A stretch of DNA of 63,985 nucleotides, the filler included, from an uncultured Methanosarcinales archaeon (GTDB lineage: Archaea > Nanobdellota > Nanobdellia > Woesearchaeales > CAZKBD01): assembly GCA_964550945.1 (NCBI GenBank). It is 7 parts of 7 records of this genome, joined end to end, with 100 filler letters (N's around TTAATTAATTAA, not from the genome) between each part and the next. Parts side by side here need not be neighbours in the genome. Positions count along the whole stretch, not along the records: positions 10,820 to 20,746 come from CAZKBD010000069.1; positions 20,847 to 30,772 come from CAZKBD010000070.1; 5 more parts are not named here. One strand, given 5' to 3'. Positions 19,272-27,846 of the stretch are shown one piece after another. The position numbers were made by a program, and so were the translations under genes. Each line of letters opens with the position of its first letter. The stretch's first letter is position 1. The notes under the pieces were generated by a model. That model made no database searches. It had not been told where the DNA came from and saw only the letters and a program-made list of their open reading frames with translations.

Positions 19272-19984
19272 TAAAAGACCTGAGAGAGATTAATAGATGG
19301 GAAGTCGATCAATTTGGAGGTAAGGCCACTAATCTAGGTTTCTTAATCCAAAACGGATTTAATGTGCCCAAAGGTTTTTGCATTTCAACAGCTATTAGTG
19401 AGATACCTAATGAAATTAAAAAAGAGGTTTATAGAAGATTTCAACTATTGGATTCTGCTGTCTCTGTGAGGAGTTCGGCAACATGTGAAGACTCTGAAAA
19501 ATTAAGTTTTGCCGGCCAATTTGACACTTTTCTTAATATTAACACCAAGGAACAATTGTATGAATCTATTCAAAAATGCTGGGATTCTATAAATTCAGAT
19601 AGGGTAAAAATATACTTGAGGCGTAGGGGTATCCCTATTGTTAAGATGGCTGTGATAATTCAAAAAATGATCGACGCCGATATCTCCGGCATACTATTCA
19701 CTTTAGATCCAGTTAACAAAAAGCATATCTTGATAGAAGCTGCACATGGATCAGGAGATAATATAGTGTCAGGTAGGATAACCCCCAGCAACTTTCTGGT
19801 GAGGCATGATTTTAGTATTGTTAGCCAAAAAAATGATTATAACATTGATGAAGAGCTTGTAAAGGAAATTGCTAAGATAGGCATAAAGATAGAAAATCTT
19901 TACAAAAAGCCACAAGACGTAGAGTTTGCTGTCAAGAATAAAGAAATATTTATCCTGCAAAGCAGAGCCATTACCAATTTATAA
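19268..19984 (+). CDS. Stand-alone PPDK_N/PEP-synthase-type ATP-grasp domain
   Basis: GGKATNLG, VRSSATCEDS..SFAGQFDT and PQDVEFA...ILQSRAIT motifs; ATGA overlap with the previous gene. Confidence 0.9.
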   Translation: MIKDLREINRWEVDQFGGKATNLGFLIQNGFNVPKGFCISTAISEIPNEIKKEVYRRFQLLDSAVSVRSSATCEDSEKLSFAGQFDTFLNINTKEQLYESIQKCWDSINSDRVKIYLRRRGIPIVKMAVIIQKMIDADISGILFTLDPVNKKHILIEAAHGSGDNIVSGRITPSNFLVRHDFSIVSQKNDYNIDEELVKEIAKIGIKIENLYKKPQDVEFAVKNKEIFILQSRAITNL

Positions 19985-20003
19985 CCTAAGAATTAGAATC
20001 AGA

Positions 20004-20408
20004 TTACCTTCGGCTATCAAATTTGACAAAGAACCTTTTTTTATTCTCAAACCTTGATTCAATGTTGTTCATGAATCCAAAAAGTTTAGCCATTATCTTA
20101 TCTAATTTTGCAAACAAATTTGAGTACTCCCTTTTGGTTATATAACCTAAGTCTTTTGACATGCTAATCAGCACATCAAGTTCTTTTGCAGAGCCATAAG
20201 CATAACTTAAAAAGTTCAGAAATTCGCGGGGAGACTTCTTTACACTCCCTTCTGCGATATTAAGCGGAATTGAAGTTGCTGCTCTTCTCATTTGGGAAGA
20301 AATGTTAGCTTCTTCCTTTTTAGGAAACTTATCCAATATCCTGTGAATGTCAAGGGCAAAAGCATAGCCTAGCTGGTAAACCTCCATGTTCTTGTACATT
20401 CTGGACAT
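20004..20408 (-). CDS. Four-helix bundle protein (23S rRNA IVP-like family)
   Basis: FPKKE...SQMRRAATSIPLNIAEG...FL..AYGSAKEL signature. Confidence 0.9.
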   Translation of the reverse strand: MSRMYKNMEVYQLGYAFALDIHRILDKFPKKEEANISSQMRRAATSIPLNIAEGSVKKSPREFLNFLSYAYGSAKELDVLISMSKDLGYITKREYSNLFAKLDKIMAKLFGFMNNIESRFENKKRFFVKFDSRR

Positions 20409-20564
20409 GGGGCTAGAGAATTGTGTTCACCTTAAATAATTTATGCTGGGTTCAGAATCTGGCCAGAGCTATCGCTATGTGATTGTTAATGGAAGAATAT
20501 AGTTAACACTAATTCTTTAGTCAATCAAAGAAAAAAAAGAAAAAATAATATGAAAGACCAACAT

Positions 20565-20746
20565 AGACAAGTTATGAACGATTGGAGATCGCATGCTGAA
20601 CATGTCGCCGAAGCTTCATGCTTACACACCGATTCCATTAAACCCCTGTTTTTGGGGAGTTCTATGATGTTTCTTTTTCAAGGCAGGTTTCGTGCTTAGA
20701 TGCTTTCAGCACTTATCCCTTAAAGCGTAGCTGTCCGACATACCTT
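20565..20746 (-). rRNA. 23S rRNA, 3' end (partial; 3' boundary approximate)
   Basis: Reverse complement contains GGATAAGTGCTGAAAGCATCTAAGCACGAA, conserved near the LSU rRNA 3' end; contig breaks here. Confidence 0.9.
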
Positions 20747-20846
20747 NNNNNNNNNNNNNNNNNNNNNNNNNNNNNNNNNNNNNNNNNNNNTTAATTAATT
20801 AANNNNNNNNNNNNNNNNNNNNNNNNNNNNNNNNNNNNNNNNNNNN
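20747..20846. other. Artificial contig linker
   Basis: N44-TTAATTAATTAA-N44. Confidence 0.98.
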
Positions 20847-20847
20847 A

Positions 20848-20934
20848 GAGATTGAAAATTGCTTAAGGATATGGCCTCAGGATAATGATACAGAGGGGTT
20901 TTTTGTTGCGAAGATAAAAAAGGTTTTTATATAA
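20848..20934 (+). CDS. C-terminal fragment of an RsmB/NOP2 family m5C methyltransferase
   Basis: Translates CLRIWPQDNDTEGFFVAKIKK, the family C-terminal motif. Confidence 0.75.
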   Translation, partial: EIENCLRIWPQDNDTEGFFVAKIKKVFI

Positions 20935-20942
20935 GTAGATAT

Positions 20943-21386
20943 ATGGCTATTGACATGAAAGCTCTGAATTTTGCATTGGTGAATATTGAGAATAGCTGCA
21001 GGATAGCTGAAAAGATGATCAAGAACATTATCTTTAATGCAAAAATAAAGAATAATAAAACTGAGATCAGTTATGCAATACACAACTTATTAAGGGATAA
21101 CAGAGTGAATGTGATTATCACTATAGGTGGGGCTGATTTCAAGCAGGACAGCATTGCAATTGAGCTTGTAAAGCCCTTACTTGAAAAGGAGATCAATATT
21201 GATAGCTTATTAAAACAACTTTGTTATGATAAGATTAAAGCAAATGCTTTGTCTTTCATGTCTTTAGCAGGCATTGCAAGAGGGAAGATTATATTTTGCC
21301 TGCCAGATAATGAAGATGCAATAAAAATTGCCATTGATAAACTGATTTTAGATGGAGCTGAGCCTATTTTTTCTCAATTATCTTAA
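20943..21386 (+). CDS. MoaB/MogA-like molybdopterin-binding domain protein (degenerate)
   Basis: VIITIGG...D...E.VKPLLEKE...AGI..GKIIFCLP. Confidence 0.7.
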   Translation: MAIDMKALNFALVNIENSCRIAEKMIKNIIFNAKIKNNKTEISYAIHNLLRDNRVNVIITIGGADFKQDSIAIELVKPLLEKEINIDSLLKQLCYDKIKANALSFMSLAGIARGKIIFCLPDNEDAIKIAIDKLILDGAEPIFSQLS

Positions 21387-21515
21387 CTGTCATAACACTA
21401 ATCCCGTATAATGCCCATAGAGGTATTGCCAATACGATTTGGCTTAATGAGTTTGATCAAATGGTATTGTATTAGGGAGAAGAGGGCAGAATGTTGATGT
21501 CATTTTCTGATAGAA

Positions 21516-23222
21516 TTATCCAATATACCCTTTTTTATAGTATTTTGTATGCAATAATTTATGCGCTTTCTCTGATCCTGGCTCTCCCAGATATTCCCTA
21601 TACAATTTTAGTGCTGTTGGGTTTTTGTGAGATTTCCTTATTTGTTTTCCTTCATCTACCTGTATAAGCGCTTGTGTTCTCTTTGCTAAAGTCTCTTTAT
21701 TATGCGGAGGAGGCTGGCCACCGCCACCAATGCAGCCGCCATAGCAAGCCATTATCTCAATAAAATGATATGGGCTTTTTCCTGCTTTTATTTGCTCCAG
21801 TAATTTTCTTGCAGCTCCCATTGTATGCACGACACATATCCTAATTTTTTGACCAGCTATATCAACCTCTGCTTCTTTTATTTCCTGCATGCCCCTTATG
21901 CCATTATAGTCGATTTGCTGCAAGTCTTTTCCTGTAAGCCAGTCTGCTGCTGTCCTTAAGGCAGCTTCCATCACTCCACCGGTATGGCCAAATATGTCGC
22001 CTGCTCCTGTACTAAACCCAAGAGGGTCGTCAAAGTCTGAATCTGGCAGATTTTTGAAATCAACATTCAATTCTTTCAATAGTTTAGCTAACTCAACTGT
22101 GGTAAGCACATAATCAGCTTCCCCGTTAAATTCAGGCCGCAAGATTTCGTATTTTTTTGCAGTACAGGGCATGATATCCACTAAAATAATGTCTTTTGGA
22201 TCCTTATTGATTTTCTTCGCATAATATGTTTTTATGAGAGAAGCCAAAATAGCCTGAGGACTTCTGCATGTGGACATGTGCTTATTTATTTCCTCATAAT
22301 AAAACTGCTCACCAAATTTTATCCATGCAGGGCAGCAAGTTGTGATCATAGGCAATACCTGTTTTTCTTTTAGCCTCTTCACAAATTCAGTGGCTTCTTC
22401 AACTATGCAGATATCTGCTCCAAAGTTAGTGTCAAAGACATTATCAAAGCCTATTTGTTTCAATGCTGTTACCATCTTTCCAGTAACTGGTGTGCCTGCC
22501 GGGAAACCAAATAATTCACCAATGGTTGCCCTTATTGAAGGGGCAGTTTGCGCAATCAGATATTTGTTTGAATTCAGCGCATCAATTACTTCCTGGATGC
22601 TGCTTCTTTCTGTCAAAGCTCCGGATGGACAGGCAACAACACATTGGCCGCAGTTAATGCAAGAGCTTTCTTTCATGGTATGGCCAAAAGCCGGGCTTAC
22701 CCTTGTATTGACGCCACGCTTTGTCAAACCAATTGCATATACAGTCTGGATATCATTGCAGACCCTTACACATTGCTCGCATAGGATGCATTTATTGTTG
22801 TCTCTTCTTATCGAAACGCTTGAGTTGTCTATTTCGTCTTTTCTAATTAATCCCTCAAATATTGTATCTTCTATCATTAATTCAGAGGCATATTTTTGCA
22901 CCTTGCACAATAAGTTTTCCTTGCAGGTTGTGCAATTAAGGCTGTGGTTTGCCAGCAACAGCTGCATATTCATCCTTCTTGCTTCAAGGACTCTGGGAGT
23001 ATGAGTGCTAATCTCCATACCTCCCCTAACAGGCGTGCAACATGAAGCATGTAATTTATCTATGCCCTGGATCTCCACGACACATATGCGGCATGCGCCT
23101 ATTCTTTCCAGCCTGTGATTATAACAAAAATGAGGTATATCAATGCCATTTCTCTCAGCAACATCAATAATGTATTCCCCTTCTGTTGCCTCAACTTCCT
23201 GATCATTTATCTTCAGTTTCAT
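21516..23222 (-). CDS. hydA: [FeFe]-hydrogenase group A catalytic subunit
   Basis: H-cluster motifs TTCCPAW, MPCTAKKYE, EIMACYGGCIGGGGQP; N-terminal [2Fe-2S], His-ligated [4Fe-4S] and 2x[4Fe-4S] motifs. Confidence 0.95.
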   Translation of the reverse strand: MKLKINDQEVEATEGEYIIDVAERNGIDIPHFCYNHRLERIGACRICVVEIQGIDKLHASCCTPVRGGMEISTHTPRVLEARRMNMQLLLANHSLNCTTCKENLLCKVQKYASELMIEDTIFEGLIRKDEIDNSSVSIRRDNNKCILCEQCVRVCNDIQTVYAIGLTKRGVNTRVSPAFGHTMKESSCINCGQCVVACPSGALTERSSIQEVIDALNSNKYLIAQTAPSIRATIGELFGFPAGTPVTGKMVTALKQIGFDNVFDTNFGADICIVEEATEFVKRLKEKQVLPMITTCCPAWIKFGEQFYYEEINKHMSTCRSPQAILASLIKTYYAKKINKDPKDIILVDIMPCTAKKYEILRPEFNGEADYVLTTVELAKLLKELNVDFKNLPDSDFDDPLGFSTGAGDIFGHTGGVMEAALRTAADWLTGKDLQQIDYNGIRGMQEIKEAEVDIAGQKIRICVVHTMGAARKLLEQIKAGKSPYHFIEIMACYGGCIGGGGQPPPHNKETLAKRTQALIQVDEGKQIRKSHKNPTALKLYREYLGEPGSEKAHKLLHTKYYKKGYIG

Positions 23223-24313
23223 TTTAATTCTTTTTTGAAATGTTTTAATTCAGTAAAAACATGATTTGCGCAACTCTGCCCTAATCCGCACAAAGAGGTA
23301 TCTCTAATTACAGTTGATAATTTCTCCAGTAGTGCCAAATCATTTGATTTTCCTGATTTGACCTTTAATAATAGGTTTAGGAGATGGATATTGCCTTCTC
23401 TGCAAGGGGTGCATTTGCCACATGACTCATGCTTAAAGAACTCAGCTATGTTGATAGCCAGGTCCAGTATGCTCTTGCCTTTACCAACAAAAATCAGTGA
23501 ACACGAGCCTAGCATGGCTCCTTCTTTAGCAACATTCTCCGGATTAATGATAAAATTTGAGCTGTAAGGTATGCAACCGCCTGAAGCGCCAAAATAGACT
23601 GCTTTGGGATTCTTTGCATTTGAAAGCTTGGCAATCTCTCCTAAAGTTATGCCCACCCTCAGTTCATAAACTCCTGGCTTGGAAACATCGCCAGATATGG
23701 AAAAAAGGCGTAAATCATTATCTAATGTTTCATTGACAATAGATATTGGGACATTAGCCAATGTTTCAACATTGTGTATCACAGTGGGTTTGCCAAACAG
23801 GCCTTTTTGTGGAGGGTATGGCGGCTTAAAACTAGGATAGCCTCTTTTGTTTTCAATTGAAGATATAATGGCTGTTTCATCACCGCAAATATACGCTCCT
23901 GCTCCTTCGACAATATCTATCTTAATGCCTGTGCCAGCTCTCTCAAGAATGTCTTTAATTGTTTTTTCCAAATGGCCTTTTAGGCAAGAGTATTCCCCTC
24001 TTAGGTAGATGTATGCTTGCTTAGCTCCCACAGCCCAGGCTGCTATTAGTATGCCTTCAATTACTGTTTCAGGATTATTTTCTAACAAAAATTTGTCTTT
24101 AAAAGTCCCCGGTTCGCCTTCATCTGCATTGCAGATTACAAATTTTTCATCTGACTGAGTATTTTTTGCCAACTCCCACTTCAATCCTGCTGCGAAATTA
24201 GCTCCTCCGCGGCCCCTCAGATTAAAATTTTTTAAGTGGTTTATAACTCCTTCTGCGCTCCATTGCTGAGCTTTGCGCCAGCCTACTAAATTTGATTTTT
24301 GTAAGAGCCTCAT
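23219..24313 (-). CDS. hydB: NuoF-like flavin/NADH-binding hydrogenase subunit (short form)
   Basis: LRGRGGA, CNADEGEPGTFKD, GAGAYICGDET and ESCGKCTPCREG motifs. Confidence 0.92.
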   Translation of the reverse strand: MRLLQKSNLVGWRKAQQWSAEGVINHLKNFNLRGRGGANFAAGLKWELAKNTQSDEKFVICNADEGEPGTFKDKFLLENNPETVIEGILIAAWAVGAKQAYIYLRGEYSCLKGHLEKTIKDILERAGTGIKIDIVEGAGAYICGDETAIISSIENKRGYPSFKPPYPPQKGLFGKPTVIHNVETLANVPISIVNETLDNDLRLFSISGDVSKPGVYELRVGITLGEIAKLSNAKNPKAVYFGASGGCIPYSSNFIINPENVAKEGAMLGSCSLIFVGKGKSILDLAINIAEFFKHESCGKCTPCREGNIHLLNLLLKVKSGKSNDLALLEKLSTVIRDTSLCGLGQSCANHVFTELKHFKKELK

Positions 24314-24732
24314 TTTAGCAGTTTTCTAAGATTTTCTTTTGTAATATTTCCTATTAACTCCTCATTGATCATAATGGCAGGAGCCTTATCACAGCAGCCG
24401 ATGCATGACGTCAACTCAAGAGTGAACTTACCATTTTTAGTTGTCTGACCGATATCAATGCCTAAAATCTTCTTTGCCTCGTTTAGGATATTCAGAGAAC
24501 CATTTAGATAACAAGAAGGGCTGTTGCATATTCTAACAACATTCTTGCCTTTTTTCTTTTCACTTAGCATTGAATAGAATGTTGCAGCAGAATAAATCTC
24601 TACCAGCGGAACATTTATTTTTTTGGAAAGCTCGGTTATCTTCTTTTCAGGCAGGCAACCATACGTTCTTTGAATATTTTTCAGAATATTAAGAAGATTA
24701 TCTCTCTTCACCTCTTTTTTTTCTTCAATCAC
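24310..24732 (-). CDS. hydC: NuoE-like [2Fe-2S] hydrogenase subunit
   Basis: ATFYS, CNSPSC and CIGCCDKAP motifs. Confidence 0.92.
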   Translation of the reverse strand: MIEEKKEVKRDNLLNILKNIQRTYGCLPEKKITELSKKINVPLVEIYSAATFYSMLSEKKKGKNVVRICNSPSCYLNGSLNILNEAKKILGIDIGQTTKNGKFTLELTSCIGCCDKAPAIMINEELIGNITKENLRKLLK

Positions 24733-24806
24733 ATTAATGCCCTGGTTTATTTAAATTCAAGGGAGGTATTTATTTAAAAATCTTTCTGTTGTCAGTTTAG
24801 AGAATT

Positions 24807-25811
24807 CTATTTAAAAACTTCTTTCTGCCCAATTATAAATAAAGCTTGGCTCCACGCTAAAGGAGAATTTTCATTATGATGCCCTTTGTCTGTAAGGTAC
24901 AACTCAGGAATTTCTCCTCTCTTGTTCATAACAGATAGTGTTTTTCGCATATAGTAGGCGTATTTATCTGGCCTATTTAATTTTTTGTAGATAATTGCAA
25001 GCCAAGAAAAACCCATAGGCCACTCGGCTTCTCTATTGGTGTGATAATACCTATCGCCAATATAGCGAATGACCCCCCTTTGTTTTACCAGGCAGCCTTC
25101 AACATTTTTCAAGATTGTTTTTGACTGTTGCTTGTTGGCAATCTCATAAGGGTATATAAGCGATAATAACGCCAGATCCACATGTTTTGTTTTTGATTCT
25201 CTTGGAAGCAATTGCTTTAAAGTTTTTTCTCCCTTCTTTATTAAATCTTTTGGAACATCTACTAGTTTGCTTATCTTTTTTAACCCGGCAACACAGGCTC
25301 CAACAGAAGAAGCATGCAGTTCTTCATATTCCTCCCATATTCCATTATCCTTATCCTGCCAGTATTCAATGCTGGCTAAGTAGCTGACCAGTTTCTGGAC
25401 AATCCTTAAATCATTACCATTCCTTATTAGTTTGATGCCTTTGGTTTCTAAGTCTCCTATCTTAAAAAGCAACGCTCCAATTGCATCGTTTTGCTTGTTG
25501 CCCCATTCTTCATGAATCTCCTCCATAGTCAGAGGATTATAACGAGCATGAATGTACTCATAGTGGTATAAGGGCTTTTGCTTAATAGCTATATCTATCT
25601 TATATTCGTGCTTCAAAAGAACATCAAGTAATGCATGATATACCTGCCTGAGCCGTTTATAGTTTTTTGTAGCTTCAAATCCAAGAGAGGCGTATATATT
25701 ATCCCTCATCCAAGCTAGGTTATATCCAGTCTTAACAGTCATTCTCGAGGATGCAACTAGCCCGGTGGGATATTGCAATCCTTTCAATATTGCTAGGCTA
25801 TGTTTTATCAT
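24807..25811 (-). CDS. Glycoside hydrolase family 15 (glucoamylase-like)
   Basis: GYNLAWMRD, QNDAIG, GIWEE and PLAWSQA motifs. Confidence 0.8.
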   Translation of the reverse strand: MIKHSLAILKGLQYPTGLVASSRMTVKTGYNLAWMRDNIYASLGFEATKNYKRLRQVYHALLDVLLKHEYKIDIAIKQKPLYHYEYIHARYNPLTMEEIHEEWGNKQNDAIGALLFKIGDLETKGIKLIRNGNDLRIVQKLVSYLASIEYWQDKDNGIWEEYEELHASSVGACVAGLKKISKLVDVPKDLIKKGEKTLKQLLPRESKTKHVDLALLSLIYPYEIANKQQSKTILKNVEGCLVKQRGVIRYIGDRYYHTNREAEWPMGFSWLAIIYKKLNRPDKYAYYMRKTLSVMNKRGEIPELYLTDKGHHNENSPLAWSQALFIIGQKEVFK

Positions 25812-25909
25812 ACCTCATCATATAACTACTCTCTAGTAGGTATATTTAAAGCTTTCGGTTTCTAAGCACAACGCAAACTATTTAAATAAGTTAAGGCTTC
25901 AGAAAAGCC

Positions 25910-26404
25910 ATGGGGTATTATAGGGATATCTTTAGTTTTGATATTGAGTGGAACTGGAAAACAGTTAGTTTGTTAGCCTTATTGGCAGTATTCCCAAATG
26001 TGCTGGGATTATTCCAAAGCAATATTTTCGGTGTTAGGGTTCATTATTTTCAGTTTTTAATATTTTTGGCAGCTATTATATACGGGCCGCTTGGAGGAAT
26101 GATCTCTGGAGCTTGTGGCTCAATATTCACAGCAGTGGCTCTGCATAATCCTTATATCCTTATTGGCAATATGATCCTTGGTGGTTTTACTGGACTTTTT
26201 TTGAAGTACAATTTCCATGTTGTGATTGCAGCTTTGCTTGCTTATTTAATCCAGCTGCCTTGGTTATGGTTGACTGATGTTTACTTAGCCAATATGCCTA
26301 TTTCAGCTGTAAATGGCATTATGGTTGCATTATTGGCCAGTAATTTTATATGGTCTTTTTTCGCAGGCTTTACTGCGAAATACATAAAAACTATATTCAA
26401 ATAA
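25910..26404 (+). CDS. ECF transporter S-component-like membrane protein
   Basis: Multi-TM; IFLAAIIYGPLGGMISGA pattern. Confidence 0.7.
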   Translation: MGYYRDIFSFDIEWNWKTVSLLALLAVFPNVLGLFQSNIFGVRVHYFQFLIFLAAIIYGPLGGMISGACGSIFTAVALHNPYILIGNMILGGFTGLFLKYNFHVVIAALLAYLIQLPWLWLTDVYLANMPISAVNGIMVALLASNFIWSFFAGFTAKYIKTIFK

Positions 26405-26421
26405 AAAAAGAGGTATAGATT

Positions 26422-27420
26422 ATGAGAGTCGCAATTAATGGTTTTGGCAGAATTGGAAGGCTAATTCTAAGAGCAGGGATAAATGATCCAGAAATTGAAT
26501 TTGTTGCTATTAATGACCTGTCAAGTGCTGGAACTCTAGCTCATTTATTAAGGTTTGATTCTGTCCATGGGCCTTTCCAAGGAACTATACAGGCAAAGGA
26601 GAAATCAATTGAAGTTAATGGAAACGGCATCAGGATATTTGCTGAGAGGAATCCTGAGAATCTACCATGGAAAGATTTAGAGATAGATGTAGTTATGGAA
26701 TGCACTGGCTTGTTTACAACGCCTGAGCTCATGTCAAAACACCTTACTGCCGGGGCTAAGAAAGTCCTTCTGAGCGCGCCACCAAAGGTTGAAGGATCAG
26801 TAAAAACTATTGTTATGAGCATAAATGAGCATACCTATAATGGAGAAACCCTTGTTTCTTGCGCTTCATGCACAACAAATTGCTTTGCTCCGCTGGCGAA
26901 GGTTATCAACGACAATTATGGCATTATTAGCGGGGTTATGACAACTATCCATGCTTACACTAATGATCAGGAAGTGTTGGATTCTCCTCATCCTGATTTA
27001 AGAAGAGCAAAAGCAGCTGCATTGAATATTGTCCCAACATCAACAGGGGCAGCAAAGGCTGTTTATGAAGTTATACCTGAGCTAAAAGGAAGGTGTATTG
27101 GATCAGCAATTAGAGTGCCAACACCATGCGGCTCATTAGTGCATTTTGTTGCTGAGATTGGAAAAAAAGGAACACCAGTAGAGCATATAAACTGGCTTTT
27201 TAAAAATGTTTCACAATACCACATGAAAGGCATTTTAGAGTATAGTGAAGAAGCCCTAGTTTCAACTGACATTTTAGGAAACCCTCATTCCTGCATATTT
27301 GACTCTCAGTTAACCAGGTGCATTGATGACGAGATTATTGTTGTGGTTGGATGGTATGACAATGAATGGGGATATTCTAACAGGATGATTGATGTTGCCA
27401 AGGTTATGATGAGGAAATAG
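26422..27420 (+). CDS. gap: Type I (bacterial-type) glyceraldehyde-3-phosphate dehydrogenase
   Basis: INGFGRIGR, ASCTTNC and WYDNEWGYS motifs. Confidence 0.95.
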   Translation: MRVAINGFGRIGRLILRAGINDPEIEFVAINDLSSAGTLAHLLRFDSVHGPFQGTIQAKEKSIEVNGNGIRIFAERNPENLPWKDLEIDVVMECTGLFTTPELMSKHLTAGAKKVLLSAPPKVEGSVKTIVMSINEHTYNGETLVSCASCTTNCFAPLAKVINDNYGIISGVMTTIHAYTNDQEVLDSPHPDLRRAKAAALNIVPTSTGAAKAVYEVIPELKGRCIGSAIRVPTPCGSLVHFVAEIGKKGTPVEHINWLFKNVSQYHMKGILEYSEEALVSTDILGNPHSCIFDSQLTRCIDDEIIVVVGWYDNEWGYSNRMIDVAKVMMRK

Positions 27421-27452
27421 ATTTAAATACTTGATATAAGCAAAACAATGGC

Positions 27453-27845
27453 ATGTACTTAACACCAAGAGAGCACAGGAACAGGCTTATTGTAAGGCTG
27501 ATTTTTATCCTAAGTGTTGTCGGGATACTTCTATTTATTGGCACGGTTACATATCATTTTTCAGAAAATTGGAGCTTTAAGGACTCTTTGTATTTTTCAG
27601 TGATATCGCTAACTAGCAGAGGGTTTAGCAATTTACACCCCACTAACTGGTTTTCTGTTTTGTTTAGTGTTGCTTATCTGCTTGTTGGAGTGGCCATACT
27701 TCTTTATGCGCTCTCTAACCTCATCGCATATTTTGTAGCATATTACGAAACCCATATAGAGAAGAATATAAAAGGCGTTTTTAACAAGATTAAAACATCC
27801 AAGGACAAAAAGAATAAATGGGTTTGGCTAAAGACCAAAGAATAA
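27453..27845 (+). CDS. Two-TM potassium-channel-family protein with atypical filter
   Basis: ENWSFKDSLYFSVISLTSRGFSNLHP pore-helix region. Confidence 0.78.
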   Translation: MYLTPREHRNRLIVRLIFILSVVGILLFIGTVTYHFSENWSFKDSLYFSVISLTSRGFSNLHPTNWFSVLFSVAYLLVGVAILLYALSNLIAYFVAYYETHIEKNIKGVFNKIKTSKDKKNKWVWLKTKE

Positions 27846-27846
27846 A

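Noticed and set aside
17841..19984. PEP synthase (ppsA) or a frameshifted pseudogene
   Set aside because: No pyruvate-binding barrel, domain order is reversed, and the two ORFs have a clean ATGA coupling
20004..20408. Avd of a diversity-generating retroelement
   Set aside because: No reverse transcriptase and no TR/VR pair with adenine-specific mismatches seen in the window
22342..23004. 220-aa plus-strand ORF and similar antisense ORFs in rpo, gyrB, sppA and the AAA gene
   Set aside because: Shadow frames of well-supported genes with no motifs
23219..24732. Respiratory complex I nuoEF
   Set aside because: Coupled to an H-cluster protein and no membrane nuo genes nearby
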